Counted from the first letter of the whole stretch, positions 13,862-28,211 are shown. The stretch: 56,527 bases of DNA, filler included, from Sphacelaria rigidula (GCA_964200075.2; 6 parts of 6 records of this genome joined end to end with filler, not necessarily neighbours in it), one strand, 5' to 3'. Numbers and translations: made by a program. The notes: a model not told the origin generated them from the letters alone.

Positions 13862-13950
13862 CTGCCGCCACCTCCGCCTCCGCCTCCACCTCCGCCTCCG
13901 CCTCCGCCTCCACCTCCCCCTCCCCCTCCACCTCCGCGGCGGCGGAGGCG
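13862..13950 (+). repeat. (CCGCCT/CCACCT)n microsatellite
   Basis: Direct reading. Confidence 0.85.
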
Positions 13951-14424
13951 GGAGCTCCAGATGCTCTCGTGGACGCTGTCCCCTCCCTGACCAGGTGCAA
14001 CGGTGTGAGCGTGCGAAGTGGACGAGTAGAATCAGGCGGATGCTACACTGAGGATGTCCATTGCCTGCATACTCCTACACGAAGTACATTAGTACATACT
14101 TACTCTGTCGCTGAAGTAGAGGTCCTCATGACTACACAAACCCTTTACGGTCTCCGACGCTGTAGGCGGTAATTTTGTTTTGAATCTGCGGTGTTTTTTT
14201 TAGTTGGAACCCCTTTTTGTTTTTGGCACGCACCACCCAGCATGCATGAATGGCCGAAAAAAAAGCAGTCGGCCCAAAAAAGGCCGTATTTCGCCCTTTC
14301 TCCCGTGGCGATGAAGTGTCGGAAAAAAATACACTTCGTACATTTTTTCGTTGACCGTCTTCGCCGTCACAGGGGCTTGGCACTAGATACTCCCAGGCCT
14401 TCGTGAACGCCCCCTCATCATAGT

Positions 14425-16212
14425 CAGGGATGTGTACGGACCAACAATAAAATCCGCGGAGCGGATTATTACTGTGCGCTTCGTCAAGCAGCACCGCTCC
14501 GTGGTACGTGTAGGAGGCGGATATCCGCTCCGTGGCAATCCGTGACTCTTCTCACAAGCGGATATCCGCTCTGTACCATAATCGAGGAATTCGCTCCACT
14601 CCGCCACATAATCAAGGCCGGATATCCGCCCCGCAATAATCCATGAGTTTTCCTGCGGACGCATATCCGCTCCGCTGCGTGACAATCTCAAAAACATCGC
14701 TCCGCTTCGTATGGATTACAGCTGCGCGGTCGGATCCGTGAAACGCGCTTCTTATGCGGAACGGTTCTATCCACTCCGTAGTCCATCCATGCGTTATCCG
14801 TAGCCAAACTTACGGATCGAATCACTGATTTTTACGGACGAAATTGTTCCGAATGCAGGATAACTTGGACTTCGAAGTATAAACACTTTTGTTCTGGATG
14901 AGCAATCCACCGATACGGTTTTGAAATTCTTCCGCGTTATCATGACAACCGCGGTTTGCACGACACACACACACCGACACACGTGCGCCTCAGAACATTC
15001 TTCATGGCAACGAATCTCGATTTGTACAAACGTCAAGGTTTCGGTACGTCTACGGGCGGTTTTCTATTGTGGGTTGATTTCTCGAACTCCAGTCTGTTGG
15101 GCAATGTTTTTCGGTTAGTTGTGAGAAAATCCGACCAATTCTCCGATTCTCTGGACGTACACTTTCGGTTCATCACTTCTCTGCTCAAATCGGGACACTT
15201 CTGCATCTCCCCCGATTTTTGTTTTCCAAAAATCGGGGAAAAAACGGGGGGGATGATTTGAGCAGAAAGGTGATGAACCGAGGTGAACGTCCAGAGAATC
15301 GGAGAAGCGGTCGGGTTTTCTCACAACTAACCGAAAAACATTGCCCACCAGACTGGGGTCCGAAAATTCAATCCAGGAGAAAAAATCGCCTGTAGACGGA
15401 CCGAAATCGTCACATTTGCACAAATCGAGATTCGTTGCAATGAGATCCGGTCTCAAAGTTGAAAGCGTAATCCAAACACGGCGGCGGTGCGCGGACCTCA
15501 GATGGTTGATGCCAAGGGTTCCAATACCGGACACAGTGCCGAGCAATCTCCTACTTCAGAGGCTGAGGTGGAGGTGCGTGTCGACCTCCACACCCGGTTC
15601 CGATTCTCCTCCTCCTTCTCCTCCACGTAACAACTCTTCCAGTTCTACTGTGCCCACCCTCACACCTCCCGCCAAGACCGTAGAAGCCGTTCGACGCATG
15701 GTGGTCAATGTGGCGGTGGACGTTGGCGCTAGGGTAATCCCAGGAGTATATTTATATTACCAATACTTCGACAACGGACGCAACGTTGTATGCAGAGCAT
15801 TTTATCCGCCGACTCCCCTGTCCAGCATCTGGTAGTCCCAGCAAAACGGCTCCTTTCGTACGTCTTGGTATTTATCCGCGGATATCCATATAATTTTGGC
15901 GGATAACCGTGTCATGTTGACTGAGTATTCATCGTGGGAAAATGCCGCGGTTTGTGCGCTTTGTTGCACGAAGGGGGACAATCCGCTCCGTGAAAAAAAA
16001 AAACGTGCGACGGACATTCGCTCCGCGATAATCTGTGCTATTATAGCGAGCGGATATCCGCCCCGTGAAAATCCGTGTTTTTCCCACTAGCGGATATCCG
16101 CTCCGTGATGTAATCAAGGCCGGATTTGAATCGCGGGTATCCGCTCCGCTCCGTGAGGTTCAAAAAATAGTAATCGCACCGCCGAGCGGATTGTCCTCCG
16201 TACACATCCGTA
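14425..16212 (-). mobile_element. Non-autonomous hAT DNA transposon
   Basis: TIRs CAGGGATGTGTACGGA / TCCGTACACATCCGTA; 8-bp TSD ATCATAGT / ATCATATT (7/8); many subterminal GCGGATATCCGCTCCG repeats at both ends; frameshifted BED-finger-like remnant on the minus strand at about 15695-15875 (CWDY...CVRC...SANVHRHIDHH). Confidence 0.85.
15002..15443. repeat. Long inverted repeat (arms about 190 bp) inside the hAT element
   Basis: 15002-15191 is the imperfect reverse complement of 15255-15443; the loop holds a second small hairpin, ccccgattttt...aaaaatcgggg. Confidence 0.9.
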
Positions 16213-18467
16213 ATCATATTTTGCCACCCATTGTCGTTGTGGGTTGCGGTGGGCCTCCAAACGTCGTTAATAACATAAATTTTCGGAACAAAATCAAACA
16301 AACTCCAAACAAAAACCCCAAAGCCCACCAAATTTCCTACTTCTCGACGCACTTACTCTCAGTAAGCCCCAGTCGGATTTTTTTCTTTCTCTATGAGCAT
16401 CACCGTATCAATAGCGTTTCCGCACACTCAACTTTAGCATCGTGAGCAACTCCATCGGCAAGATATTATCTGTCGTCCACAAGGATCTAAACTCATGGGA
16501 CAGAGGAAGTTTTTATATACATTAATCTATAAATTTTTACTCAAATGTGTGCACATCGGTCCGGTACGTCGTCGTGAAAATAGCCGCTACCGGAATATCG
16601 ATGTGATCACACGCCGCGTGTCATCACCACAATGCCCACCCCATGTAGCCATGAGTTGGATAAATACGACGGTGAGACTAGGTTGACCTCACCGGTCCCG
16701 ATCATATGTAGATATGTTACGCTTTTTTCATGTTCACATCACAGAATCCTATAGTGGTGGTGCAATACTGTACACAGGATTCCCCCATACATTCATTGCA
16801 CGTGCGGCACTGTCTCGTGTCAAGGCAGGAAGGGCATTTGCACCGCCCGGCCCACGGAACTCTACGCTCATCACAGGATGAGCAGACTTGAATTTGTGTT
16901 CATCTCCGAAATGGTGCAGCATGCACATGATACTACGCTTCACCAACAAAATATCGCAGATTTGCAAGCCCTCCACCCTGAGCTTGCTGTACCATAATTA
17001 CAGCGTTGTATAACAGTGCCCAACCGTGTGGCCACATTGCGCGAAAAAGCAACACTGCAGCAACGGGAAGTTCTCTCACCACGCTACACCTAGGCGGTGT
17101 GACATGCTCCTCACCAAAATTGGGTGCTCCGTCACACCACTGGGGCACATGCAACTCACGCGCTACAAACGACATGTGCCACGACCCTACACCCAGTACA
17201 CGTGCCCTTCTTCATCACCTGATTGGGTTCGAGTCGATTCGTCGATATTCCTCGTCACGGTGGGGTTTACGAAATTTCGACAACCGACGTTAGTACATCG
17301 TTCGACAAGCTGGACGTAATCCCTCACAAAGGAAACTCGAAAAAACGTCCAACGGGTTTGTGGATTATGGACAGTCTACGTAGCTAGGGCTCTAGTCGAA
17401 CAAGCTAAGAACCCGAAAAAAGGGCCCCTTTGGTCTCAAAAACACGGACAACAGCGAATAAATAGGGAGTGCTGGAATCAGATGGCTTCGGCACCACACT
17501 AGAACAGAGCACTTCAGGCTTCGTCAACAAAAACCGGCTTGTTGTTCGGGTGACACCTCGAATTTCACACGCACTGAATTGAAAAAGAGCTTCACATCAG
17601 GAGTCATCATCGACCGGTAGAAATGAGAAAGAGAAAGGAAAAACCCGGCACTCCAAACGTGAGTCAATGCCAAGTCATTTCCTAGCCCTTCGTGAGCTTC
17701 GAAAATGGGTGAAATGGAATGAGGAAGCGGGGTTCGCTTCAGAGCGGAAGTAGACAAGCTTTGTTTGACTACAAGTACATAACTCTACAGCAACACTCTC
17801 GATATTAAACATGACACATGAAAAGAGACGTAGTCTTCGATGCTCGGAATTTGTTCATGCACGGTTAAGAGTAGAGCGTGAGCAAATGGAAAGTACACCA
17901 GCGGCGGTACAAATGTGACGATCGGTGATACCACTGAAAATATTCGCCTCGAAGCGGATAGAGCTGTTCGGTTCAGATTGTCCCGGTTGCTATCGCATTC
18001 GGCCATGTAATTTCGTTGAATTTTTCCTTCTCTTCCCTCGCCACGGTTGATACAGACGGTTATAGACAATGAGCAAGCTAATCAACGAATCATCGGTTCG
18101 TGCGTTGAAACAGACCTTCCTGTGTATTTGTACTCGCTCTCGACGTGTCGAATGCGCCGTCGGCACTTGCTAGCGACAGCATAATATCCTTGAACAAATC
18201 GTACCCAAACACGAAACTCACACAAAAACATCGCCTTCCCCCCAAAAAACACTCTACTGCAGTAGTCAAATACGATAAAATGAGCACACATACGAATAAA
18301 TACCGCCCTGGCTCAGAGGTGAGGCACAAGAACCCTGCAAACGATTTCAACTACAAACAAAACATACACCAACCCAAACAAACATCGTGCTGTGTACCTA
18401 GGCAAGCACCACGTACGACGATGTAAGACAATACACGGAGGCTGATCTGAAACGGACTGCCGCCTGG

Positions 18468-18778
18468 CTACTTTTCTACAAGATTCGTTTCGTCACCGCG
18501 TCCGCGGCGCCCTCGCCATCCACCCTCGCCTACCGCCGAGCTCGTACTTCCCCTTACCGTAGCTGCAGCCGTGGACCCCGCCGCGCCGCCCCTCACCCTT
18601 GCCTTCGGCTTCGGCTTCGACTTTGGCTTCTGCGTCGCCGCCGCCGCCGCCGCCGCCCCCGCTCCCGCTCCTGCCCCCGCTCCCGCCCCCGCCGCCCTCC
18701 TCTTCCTGCTGTTCCGGGAGTTGCCGTTTGCATCTCTCGGCCTTTTCTCGGGGGAGCCCATCGCGGCAACCGCCGGAC
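18468..18778 (-). CDS. Possible low-complexity exon fragment (Ala/Gly/Lys-rich) at the contig end
   Basis: GC-rich open frame PEKRPRDANGNSRNSRKRRAAGAGAG...KPKSKPKPK; no recognisable domain and splice sites not established. Confidence 0.35.
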
Positions 18779-21700
18779 NNNNNNNNNNNNNNNNNNNNNN
18801 NNNNNNNNNNNNNNNNNNNNNNTTAATTAATTAANNNNNNNNNNNNNNNNNNNNNNNNNNNNNNNNNNNNNNNNNNNNGATAAGGGGCTCCTAACAATCC
18901 TAACCTCAGAAATTATTTCTGTACCCCTACTGTAGCATCACTCATTGCCTTGCTCAACCTGAAATCTCATACCGGAATCAATCGATCAAATCGACTTCCA
19001 CCTGAAGATTTCACCGCATTCACCGTTCAATTGAAGAAGGAAAATGACTGATTTCACATGCCGACCAGTACAACAGTGCGATATGGTGTGGAATCCTCTC
19101 CTGTGAGTTTTCGGAGGAAATCGAGGATTCTTGTGAAACGGATCTTCATGAGCCGCCGGCAGTGTTATTTTCCGTCATACTCGCATAAGTTTGTCCACAT
19201 GGTCTCAAGCGATTTCATGGGGGAAATATTTGTCTTGACAACAAGTGCAGACAAACACGTGGCTTGTGCGCGTAATTTGCGGGTTGACCTTACCATACAA
19301 CGCCGCTGCTTTGACGGTCAGTACTTTCCACAAAGTAGCTCTGGATAGCTGCAGTGAAGCAGAAATAAAAACATCCATGCAGTCTTCCGCTATACTGTTG
19401 TGCCGTGAATACTCTTATACCCGTAGTCACTACTACTGCAGGGATAGACCTACCATATTAGAGTTGCCCTGGGCCATAATTCCAGAGGAGACTCATGAGA
19501 GGCGGCTCCCCCAAATACTCGAAGTGGATGGATGTAAAGTTTTCTCTGTAGTAGAGGAGGTAGTCACGGAACCCTCACAGTCGGTGTTAGCCAGCTGGCA
19601 ACAGGGTGGTCACGGTAGAGGCAGGGACACCGTCGATTTCACGATGTCACCCCGACAGTCCACAGACTGCACAACAGACAGCACGGAACAGACAGGACAC
19701 GACAGGACAGTCCCGTCTGTCTTGCGCTACTTGCTCTGGACGTTTGTGCTATCGGCCGGTATTACACAAATTACCCACAAAATGGGTGCGCTGATTCCCA
19801 TGCATGCCGACACTTCAGCCCACTGCCCCCTCTCCTGTAGTTTCGCCGCGACCTAGACCAACCCCTACGTTGAGCTGAGACGACAACCAATGCACTGAGC
19901 ACAGACTACCTTGGAACAAGAGCGCCGACGCGGGCTGTGACAGCCCATCATCAATTTCAAAAATGATGTGTACTGCCGACTGTAAGGACTTTCGTGTTGC
20001 CATAAATACCTGAGGTCCCAAGTACGAGTTGGAATAAGGGTCGCAGAAGTATGCCTGCGCCGAGGAAGGCATGCCGGTCTGCGTGAGCTGCTTCTGTAAC
20101 TCGGGCGTGGCTTCATCGCGGCGAAGGTTTGTGAGCACAACGTTATTCGCTCGTAGCAGCACATCGAACGGCTCGGTCAGAGTCATGATCAAGGAAACAA
20201 GGGCGATCGGTAGCCCAAGCCAACAACGGATGGCACGTTACTGCCTGTTGCCCAGCTTCAGATAATCTCTCCCGTCACCGTGCTCCGCTCCTTTGTCCTT
20301 GCCATGCAATGATGCGATGTACTCCTCGCAATGTATATTGCGCACTCCGCACGCAAGCTCGGGATGCACAGCGCGCAGAGCTGAGAACTTTGCGCCATGG
20401 ACGCGGCCTCGGATGCGTTAAAAAATGGTTTGATGAGTCATCTCGCACAGTGAAACCGCCGTTTTCGTGCTTTCTTTATTCCGTTTCGACAAAATCTGTT
20501 CCAAGTGGCGTGAATGCTGGAAGCTGATCTTTATTAGTCCGCAGTAGCCTGTACAATAGTACACCGCTTGCTTGTCATTCTGGCCACTAAAACTGACAGC
20601 GCCTGTGAGGGACCCGTCACGTCACCGGTCTGCCGTGTAATGCAGTCGTTACATGTCTCGACAAGCGCAGAAGTGCAGCAATAACAACAGTGCATCATCA
20701 GACGGCACCAGACACAACACACAACAGCACCGTGCAAGACTACCGCAGAGTACACGGTCTACATTGACGACCCCGTTGAAGATATTCTAGGATCCAACAA
20801 CTCATGCCTTAGGGCACGTTGCTCAGGACAAATATTTGGGGGGATCGTATGGTACTTTTCTCAGCACAGTCAGTACCATAAATAACCAGACCGTTTTATT
20901 ACACGGAGCTGTCACTCAGGGGGTGGTGTACTACGTACGGGTGATGTTCACAGCGTCCTAGGTCACTGTGCTAGCCAGCGTAGTACAACCAGTGCAAGGC
21001 AGCACGGCACCGTGAATTTACAACAACTGAGGGGCGTAGACAGCTTCACTACCGTTTGAATAGTCCACAGTCTGTTTTTTTAGTCTATAGTTGTATATAC
21101 TATCAGCAGCATTCGTTGTCACACGCTATCAACTCAGCAACACGGTCCTGCTGCCGAGATTGTCACTGCAGGTATTTCTGTCCCAAGTACCCACCATCAA
21201 CTTGCCGGTCGAGTACCGTGGCAATTCCCCTACATAGCAGTCAACGAAATTAGTCTGCGAATGTAGTGAGACGGATGGCATCGATTAGCATTCGACGAGG
21301 CAAATTAGCCTCGTCTACCAGGAAGAAGCCGGCGGGTGCTTTCGGGGCTTCAGACACCAACTGGCGGGTCGGAGTTGATGCGGCGTCTTATGGGGTACGT
21401 AGGCACATTTACACCGCAACAGAGTACAGGTGTAGAACATATGTACGAGCCCCGATCCGTATCGCGAATATCTTTCTGAGTGACTTTCACACTTGTACAT
21501 GTGCTTATACATATGATTTGTTGGCGGATATTTTCGTGACACAATTCAGTAGCTAAATAGGTCCATTCTCGACGGTGTGCCGCGTGTCGTGCCGGAAGCC
21601 CGTACAGTACTGTATGTGAGATTGACGGGCAACCCTCTGCTACGGATCCGAGGTACCACTGGGCAGTTTCATACCCGTGTTCACTCCTGGCCGGGATAAG

Positions 21701-22523
21701 GTCTTGCCGCGAAAAGACGGAGTCGAAGCAAGTCATTTTTTCGTGAAGGTTATGTCAAATTGACACGCAAGTAATTCACAAAAAAGTATCAACACCTGAC
21801 TTGTGCTGCATTGCACAAGTTCACACTTCCGATATCTATTTGGATACATATATGGTGTCATCCGAGGCTCGTAGAAGATTTCAGTGGTGGTGTGTGGCCA
21901 GCGGTCGCTTTTGCTTTTCGCGTTGCTCTGTGGGCGAAGATGCGTCGGTGAACACACGGCGTGGCCCACTTGTTTTTGTGTTTTCGCGCCCCTTTGTTGT
22001 TGCTCAGACGACCTATGATGAATCTTGCAGGCGGGTAAAAGAGGCCAAATTTGAACGGAGGAGGAAAATCAACAAGAATCAATCAGACGAAGTCTTCGAC
22101 GGAGGTTACAGGTATACTTGAAACATGTTGCACAACAAAAATATTCCGCAAATCACTCGCACGCATTGAAGCAACACGAAATCTTCTCGCAAAAAGCTAA
22201 GGTTCAACTTAAGCAGCCATTTTTTTGCGTGCAGATTTATCTTGTAGCCACGCCTGGATCCCCCGAGGTTCACTTGATGTGTGAAGAGCAAAAAGCAAAC
22301 CATCAAATCACCCAAACTCAGCATAGTTTCACTTCAACGCAAATTTATGAAAGCCAGGATCTTTTGTACAAGTCATGCCCCCTGAAAGTTGCACTGAATA
22401 GTGATTTGCACAAAGAAAAGTGGTTGCTTAAACAGGCGCGAACGCCTACCTCGTGCAGTGTGCAAATTAACTTCCGAGTATCATAATTTCAGGCTGTCAT
22501 TTCCGTTGCAATGCTTTCACTTA

Positions 22524-25500
22524 TGTTGTCTATTCAAGTGATCCTGTTATTTACATGATGATGTAGCAACTACAAGCCCGTGCTGTGTGCCCAGACACAA
22601 TATTGCCCTCTTGCAGTGTGTCTCAAGAAGATGAAGGTGGCATGTCCAAGTCTCGAGTAATATTACTGTCCACACGGAGGAAATTGGGCGGAGAAAGGTG
22701 CAGGCAAAGAGAGTAAGTAGGTGTGGGCGTGGAGCACCACCCTATCACGATTGCCCACGAGCCACAACCTCCAGTCGGCTCACGAGCCACAGTCCGTGGT
22801 CCATTCACGATAAAAAAAATCAACAATTTTCAATTATAGGAACACGAACAATTTGTCGTTCTTTAGCCGCAAGGAACCTTCCGAATAATATTCCTGGACT
22901 ACTGTATATCTCGTAATTTCTCGCTCACAAATACTGGCTTATGTTTGAAGATGAGCTGTATTGAACAACTTCTCTAGGTGTATCGACGAACAAACTTAAG
23001 CGTTGACCTGATTGTTATCAAAGAGACACAGTTGATCGGATTCCCTTCTATCATCGCCAACCTAAAAAAATAGTGCCAAACTGGAAAAAAACACAGTGAA
23101 ACCCAACCCCTGCTCAAGAGGAAATCGCGGCATCTTTCGAAACTCTCCCCGCAAATGGCTCTCGTGAGAATATGCACATGTTGATCTTCCTATCGAAGAT
23201 ACTTTACAGAGATGTCACCACTGGTGTTATATACTTTGCCTCGGGGGTAGATAGGATGACGCACTTCTTTGTTTTGTTGCACCAAGACACTAGCGTACCC
23301 CCAGAGCAAATAGCTACACACTAGAAACGAAACGTGGGTCCCCCCCCTTATGGGCGTAGTCCGTGTCTATGTACGAGTCCAAGTCAAACCCCAACTGAGT
23401 AGATCCCAAGTCAGTAGCTATCCCTCTTGAAACATAAGTCTGAATCCGACGTAGCTTTCAGATACTCGAGTATATTTCTGTGCCATCCTGTAGTGAATCG
23501 GCTTGGGTCAAGCGAAACCCGTGCAGTTGCCCGAACTGCGTTCGCGATATCGGGCCTCGTCTGGTTTGCTATCCACTTTAGTCTCCGACGATTTCACAGA
23601 CAGGGTCATCCAACACGGGCTCTTCCTCGTTTGCGTGGCTGAGATTTAAAGAGGGAGTAGCGGGGATGGGGCTGGTTTTCGAGACGCCAAAACGATTTAG
23701 AAAACTTCGAATAAACTGGGTCTGTGACATACCCAGAGTAAGTTTCCAGTCCCTTTTGTAGTCACTCCCCATGCACCACTCCACCTCCCCCAGATATTTG
23801 AAAGGAAACCTCGGATTGAGGGTGCTGACTGTCGCTTCATTCACCTCCTCAGTATCTGCAATCATGGTGCCGTCCACATGAAAGGCGATCACCGCCACAA
23901 CGTCACCAGCAATCCTCAGTCGAGACACACAGAAACCTACAAAGCATTGCTCGAGATCGCACTCTCCCAGGGTTGACGGCAACGATTGATACCACGCACG
24001 ACCACTCTACTTTAATCCGTATAAAACGTTGTTGAGACGCACTACCTCACCAGATACCGATCCACAACCGGGGGGCAGTCGCAAGTGAATATCGGTACCC
24101 AACTCCGACTGAATGAAAACCTGGTCTACATCCAAGTGCCTCAAATCCCAGTCCAGCTTACATGCCGTAGCCACCACCAACCTGTTTGAAATAGCAGAGG
24201 CCGTAGGGGCAAACGTTTCAAAGCAGTCTACTCCTTTTACCTGACTGTACCCCAAAGCTACCGTACGCGCTTTCGCCCGATCAACCATACCATTCGAATC
24301 ACTCTTGCACTTATATAACCATTTCACGTCTCCTATGCTTCACCCCTCAGCGATCCAGTCACCTTCACAAACGTCCTGGCAACCATGAGCCCATCGACCT
24401 CCACCTTCATTGCCTCCGCCCACACATCGGAGTACTGCAACGAACATACCGCAGGATACGACATTGGCTCCGGCCACGCTCCCCGACGAGACATTGAGAT
24501 AGCTCGCCTGACTTACGGGTAACATCTTGTACCGCCAACAGCCAATGGATTATTTTGCCTCCTTCATCGGACCCAGACATGGTCAAGAGGCTAGCTGCCT
24601 TTTGGCTAAGAGCCCGTATCTGCGCTCTGGTTCGCCCAACATCCTCGCCATTTCTAGATTCAACCAGATGCAGTTACAATTGGCGCAACGCAGCCATTTT
24701 TGCCGTGGAAACCGAACCGCTTTCGTCCGATGAAGGCGACTTGCTCCCCTCGACTGAGAGGTCGCCGTCGGAAGACGGCTCGCTGCTCACCGGTGCCAAA
24801 TGAACACTTGATGGCGCAGTTGTGGTGCGGGGGCCGGCTGATTTTCACCGCCTGAAGAACTCTGCTTGCCTTCATCCCCATGGCTTGCACTTTTTGCCCG
24901 GGATGTCACTCGATGCTGATGAGTGATGATCCTTCCCTGCAGCGGTAATTGAGTCGGCGGGGTAGAATCGAAAATATCTAGCCGTCCCGGCTCTGGAGTC
25001 TCTCCCAGCTCAGACGTCCCTCTCGATTGTGACGTCCCTTCCAGCTCCGGCCCCCCTGCCAGCTCCGGCGATGCTGGTTGTTGCAGTTGCACTGGCGGCA
25101 CCACCGTAACCGACGGCGCCTCCCAGGTGACGTCTCTTGTATCCACCACTTTGTTTACCCGCGTCAGCATCCGGAATGGATCGTGAGGCTGGTCGATGCA
25201 GGACTCGAGGAAAAAGATACTTTCGCACCTGAGGAACGACGTTGACGGGCAATTCCAGCTGCAATAACCCGGACGAAGGAATGGGTGCGATGATGCAGGT
25301 GTTGCCTTTACATGTCACATCTCGTACGGCGAACTGTCACCTAGGTTGGACGTTGTCGCGGTGTGGTTCAGGGCATTACGCGCCTAGTGTACACTCCCTC
25401 AGCCCAGAGGGTGTCAAACGGTGGCAATTCGATATGTGGCGAGGGGATGGGGGTTTGGATGCGAGCAGCAAGTGCGGCGTGTTCAATGATACCTAGAGCT

Positions 25501-28211
25501 CTCTCGGCAAAACCGTTCAGCTCCGGACACTTCACGCTGGTGAGTTTTCTGCTTTATACAGTAGTGCCGGCAAACGTTCCCGAAACGCCATAAAAAACGT
25601 CCCCTCCGTCGTCAGACCTGACTACTGTTACCTCCGATGGTACACCATCCGCACGTACATCAGCCAAAAGGTTCCTGAAGGCGTCAGCGGCATCGGACTT
25701 ACGCTCAAGAAAATTTACCCATTCGTACCAGGTAAAGTCGTTTTCCACTATCGTCACATGTTTCCTCCCTTGCAGTGAAGGAGTTGCTTTTAGGACCACT
25801 GAAATCAACAAGAACTCTTCCTAGTTTTTCCAAGGCGCGCGATTTCGTGCTGTTGGTAATTAGTTTACGATACCCCCTGGCCATTGAGCATCCAGTGCAC
25901 GGTCTCAACTCACACAGTAACTGCATACCTGCCGACTTACCGGTATCTTTTTACATAAATTTGTTAACAGGGCCGTGCATGTAGTTGGAAACGTTGCATG
26001 TCTACGGCAGTCTCCCGGCAGTCAGCACTACCGGGGGCTATCACAGGGAACGCCAGGGAAAAGGGTGGTGACGTTGCACCAGATTCTCGACGGGCTCGGG
26101 AACCAACAGGGTGAATCATTAGGGTTATCCCTTCTTCTGTAGGTCGAGTATCCAGATCCGTCACACCGAAACCTAAGAAGTTCAATCAGGAGGGTCACAC
26201 TCATATCCGAGTCATCATTCGTGAGACCTACTTCTTGTGTGTACGCAGCAATGAAGGGGAAAATGTTGAAAGCCAAATCGGGTGCGTATGCCACCTGGTC
26301 GAGCCTTACTATTATACCTCCTGTTTTGTTGAGGAAAACAACAGTCAAGCACCCATAAGCCTCAACATCAATCAAAGTGTTATTACCAATCTTAACCCTA
26401 TCACCGGATGGTTGCACATCACGGAACATGTCAACTGATCTAGCCATGTGAAAGGTCGCACCACTATCAGCTATCCACTTGTTGGTGCCATCCTTACTTT
26501 TCTTGCGCTCTCCTACCGCATCCTTTTTACCATGCATATCAGTCGACAAGCACGCTACGGTCTCACCAGAGCCGTTCTGTGATTTCTTCGCGGCGGGGAT
26601 GACGCGTGTGCTGTGCAGTCGAACCATCGACGACATCATGACTCTAAGCAGCGGCGACACTTATTCCGCATGTCGTCGTACGTCTTGCCTACGTTCTCGG
26701 TACTGTCCTTTTGGTGCGTTTTGTAGGCTACGATACCATTGAAAACATCCTTACCACCTTCAGCGCCATCTTCATTGCGATTTCGGAGGGTGGACTTGCT
26801 CGTTAGGAGAGCTTGTCCTACACATTGGCGTGCATCTCTATCTTGCTATTGCATTTGTCTCAGCAGCACGGGTGATGTCGTCCCCGTACAAGATCGTACG
26901 CTGCTCGTACTCGTAGTCGATCGTGAGCACCTCTACTACCTTAAGGTTAACACATCCTCTACACGCATATATATATACCCCCTAGTGATACCACTACACC
27001 TACAATCTTGTCTATGCGTACAAAAAACTTTATCGGAGTTTTCCTTCTTCATTTGTAATTCATTGAAAGGGCGCTTTCATTTCGACTTTTCGGACAGAGT
27101 CTTCGGTAAAAACCAATTGCGTATCACACGCCACTCCGCACGAGGGTGCTTGGTGCCAGACACCCTGCCTAGCAATTCACGGTCCGTAGTGCTCTCAATG
27201 ACACACGTCCAGGCGATACGGGCTTGTCCTGTGCTTGCTTCGCTGAAAACTTTATCAAGCAAAAATCAGGACGTCATGGAGGGATCACTCACCGGCCGGT
27301 CAGTTACTGTAGTAAACGCCTGCATGCAATCGTTCGACAGGGCAAAACCCTCAAAATGACTCTTCCACATCCGAAAATCTTTACTACTCCCAATCGTGGA
27401 AATCGCAAAATGCTTTTTTCCCGAGATCCTACGGCGCGACTACTACCCCTTACAATCTCAGCCTCACCGACAGCTGTCAGCAGGCTATCGATGATGACTC
27501 CACCCCTACGACCGGAAGCAGACTCTCCCCCCTCACCCGTCCTGGTACCTTCAGAATATGAAAGCTGATCTCCACCGACGGGCCCCTGTTGAGGTCCGCT
27601 AGTACTATCCGACTAGCCTCCATGCGTGGCAGCTTTCCTTTAAAGGTCCCAACTGCGTCTTGGGCAGTGCTTTCAGTCCTTTAACTGTGCTGTCTTGGTC
27701 CGCCATCTCAGATCAAAGAGTCAAGTTCGACCTTCAAGTTAATGTATTCAAATGATCGCGTCAATCACATGATGGTGTACCAACAACGGCCCCGTGCTGT
27801 GTGCCCGGACGAAGCAATGTCCTCTGGCTATGTGTCTCAGGAAGATGAAGGTGGTATGCTTCAAGTCTTCTGTTACTACTGTAGTACTATCCACGCGGAG
27901 GAAATTGAGTGGAGAGAGGTTCAGGAAAAGAGAGTGAGTAGGTGTGGGCGTGGAGCCCCACCCTATCATGACTGCTTACGAACCATATCACCCAGTCAGC
28001 TGACGGGCCACAATCCGTGGTCCATTCACGATCCAAAAATCAACGATTCTCAATTCTCAACGATTCTCAATTCTCTTTCTAGGAACAGGCACAATTTGCC
28101 GTTCTTCAACCACAAGGAACCTTCCAAACAATATTCCTCGACTATTGCTATCCCGTAACTCCCTGCTCACAAAAGGTTGGCTTATATTTGTAGACGAGCG
28201 ACACTTTCTAC
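22524..28211 (-). mobile_element. Ty1/copia LTR retrotransposon, full domain set but pseudogenised
   Basis: LTR-like direct repeats at 22524-22967 and about 27737-28211. Gag start MADQDSTVKGLK near 27706; protease KWIADSGATFHM near 26480; CTGCSMARG and VLVDFSGP/RSDDGG integrase motifs at 25600-25900; RT KWLYKCK..DRAKARTVALGYSQVKGVDCFETFAP, HLDVDQVF and FHVDG at 23580-24330; RNase H remnant near 23150-23400. Copia order PR-IN-RT-RH. No TSD found. Confidence 0.92.

Noticed and set aside
17524..18350. Possible CACTA/Plavaka transposase fragments (FPFAHALLLTV)
   Set aside because: A single weak motif with no supporting catalytic motifs or CACTA termini.
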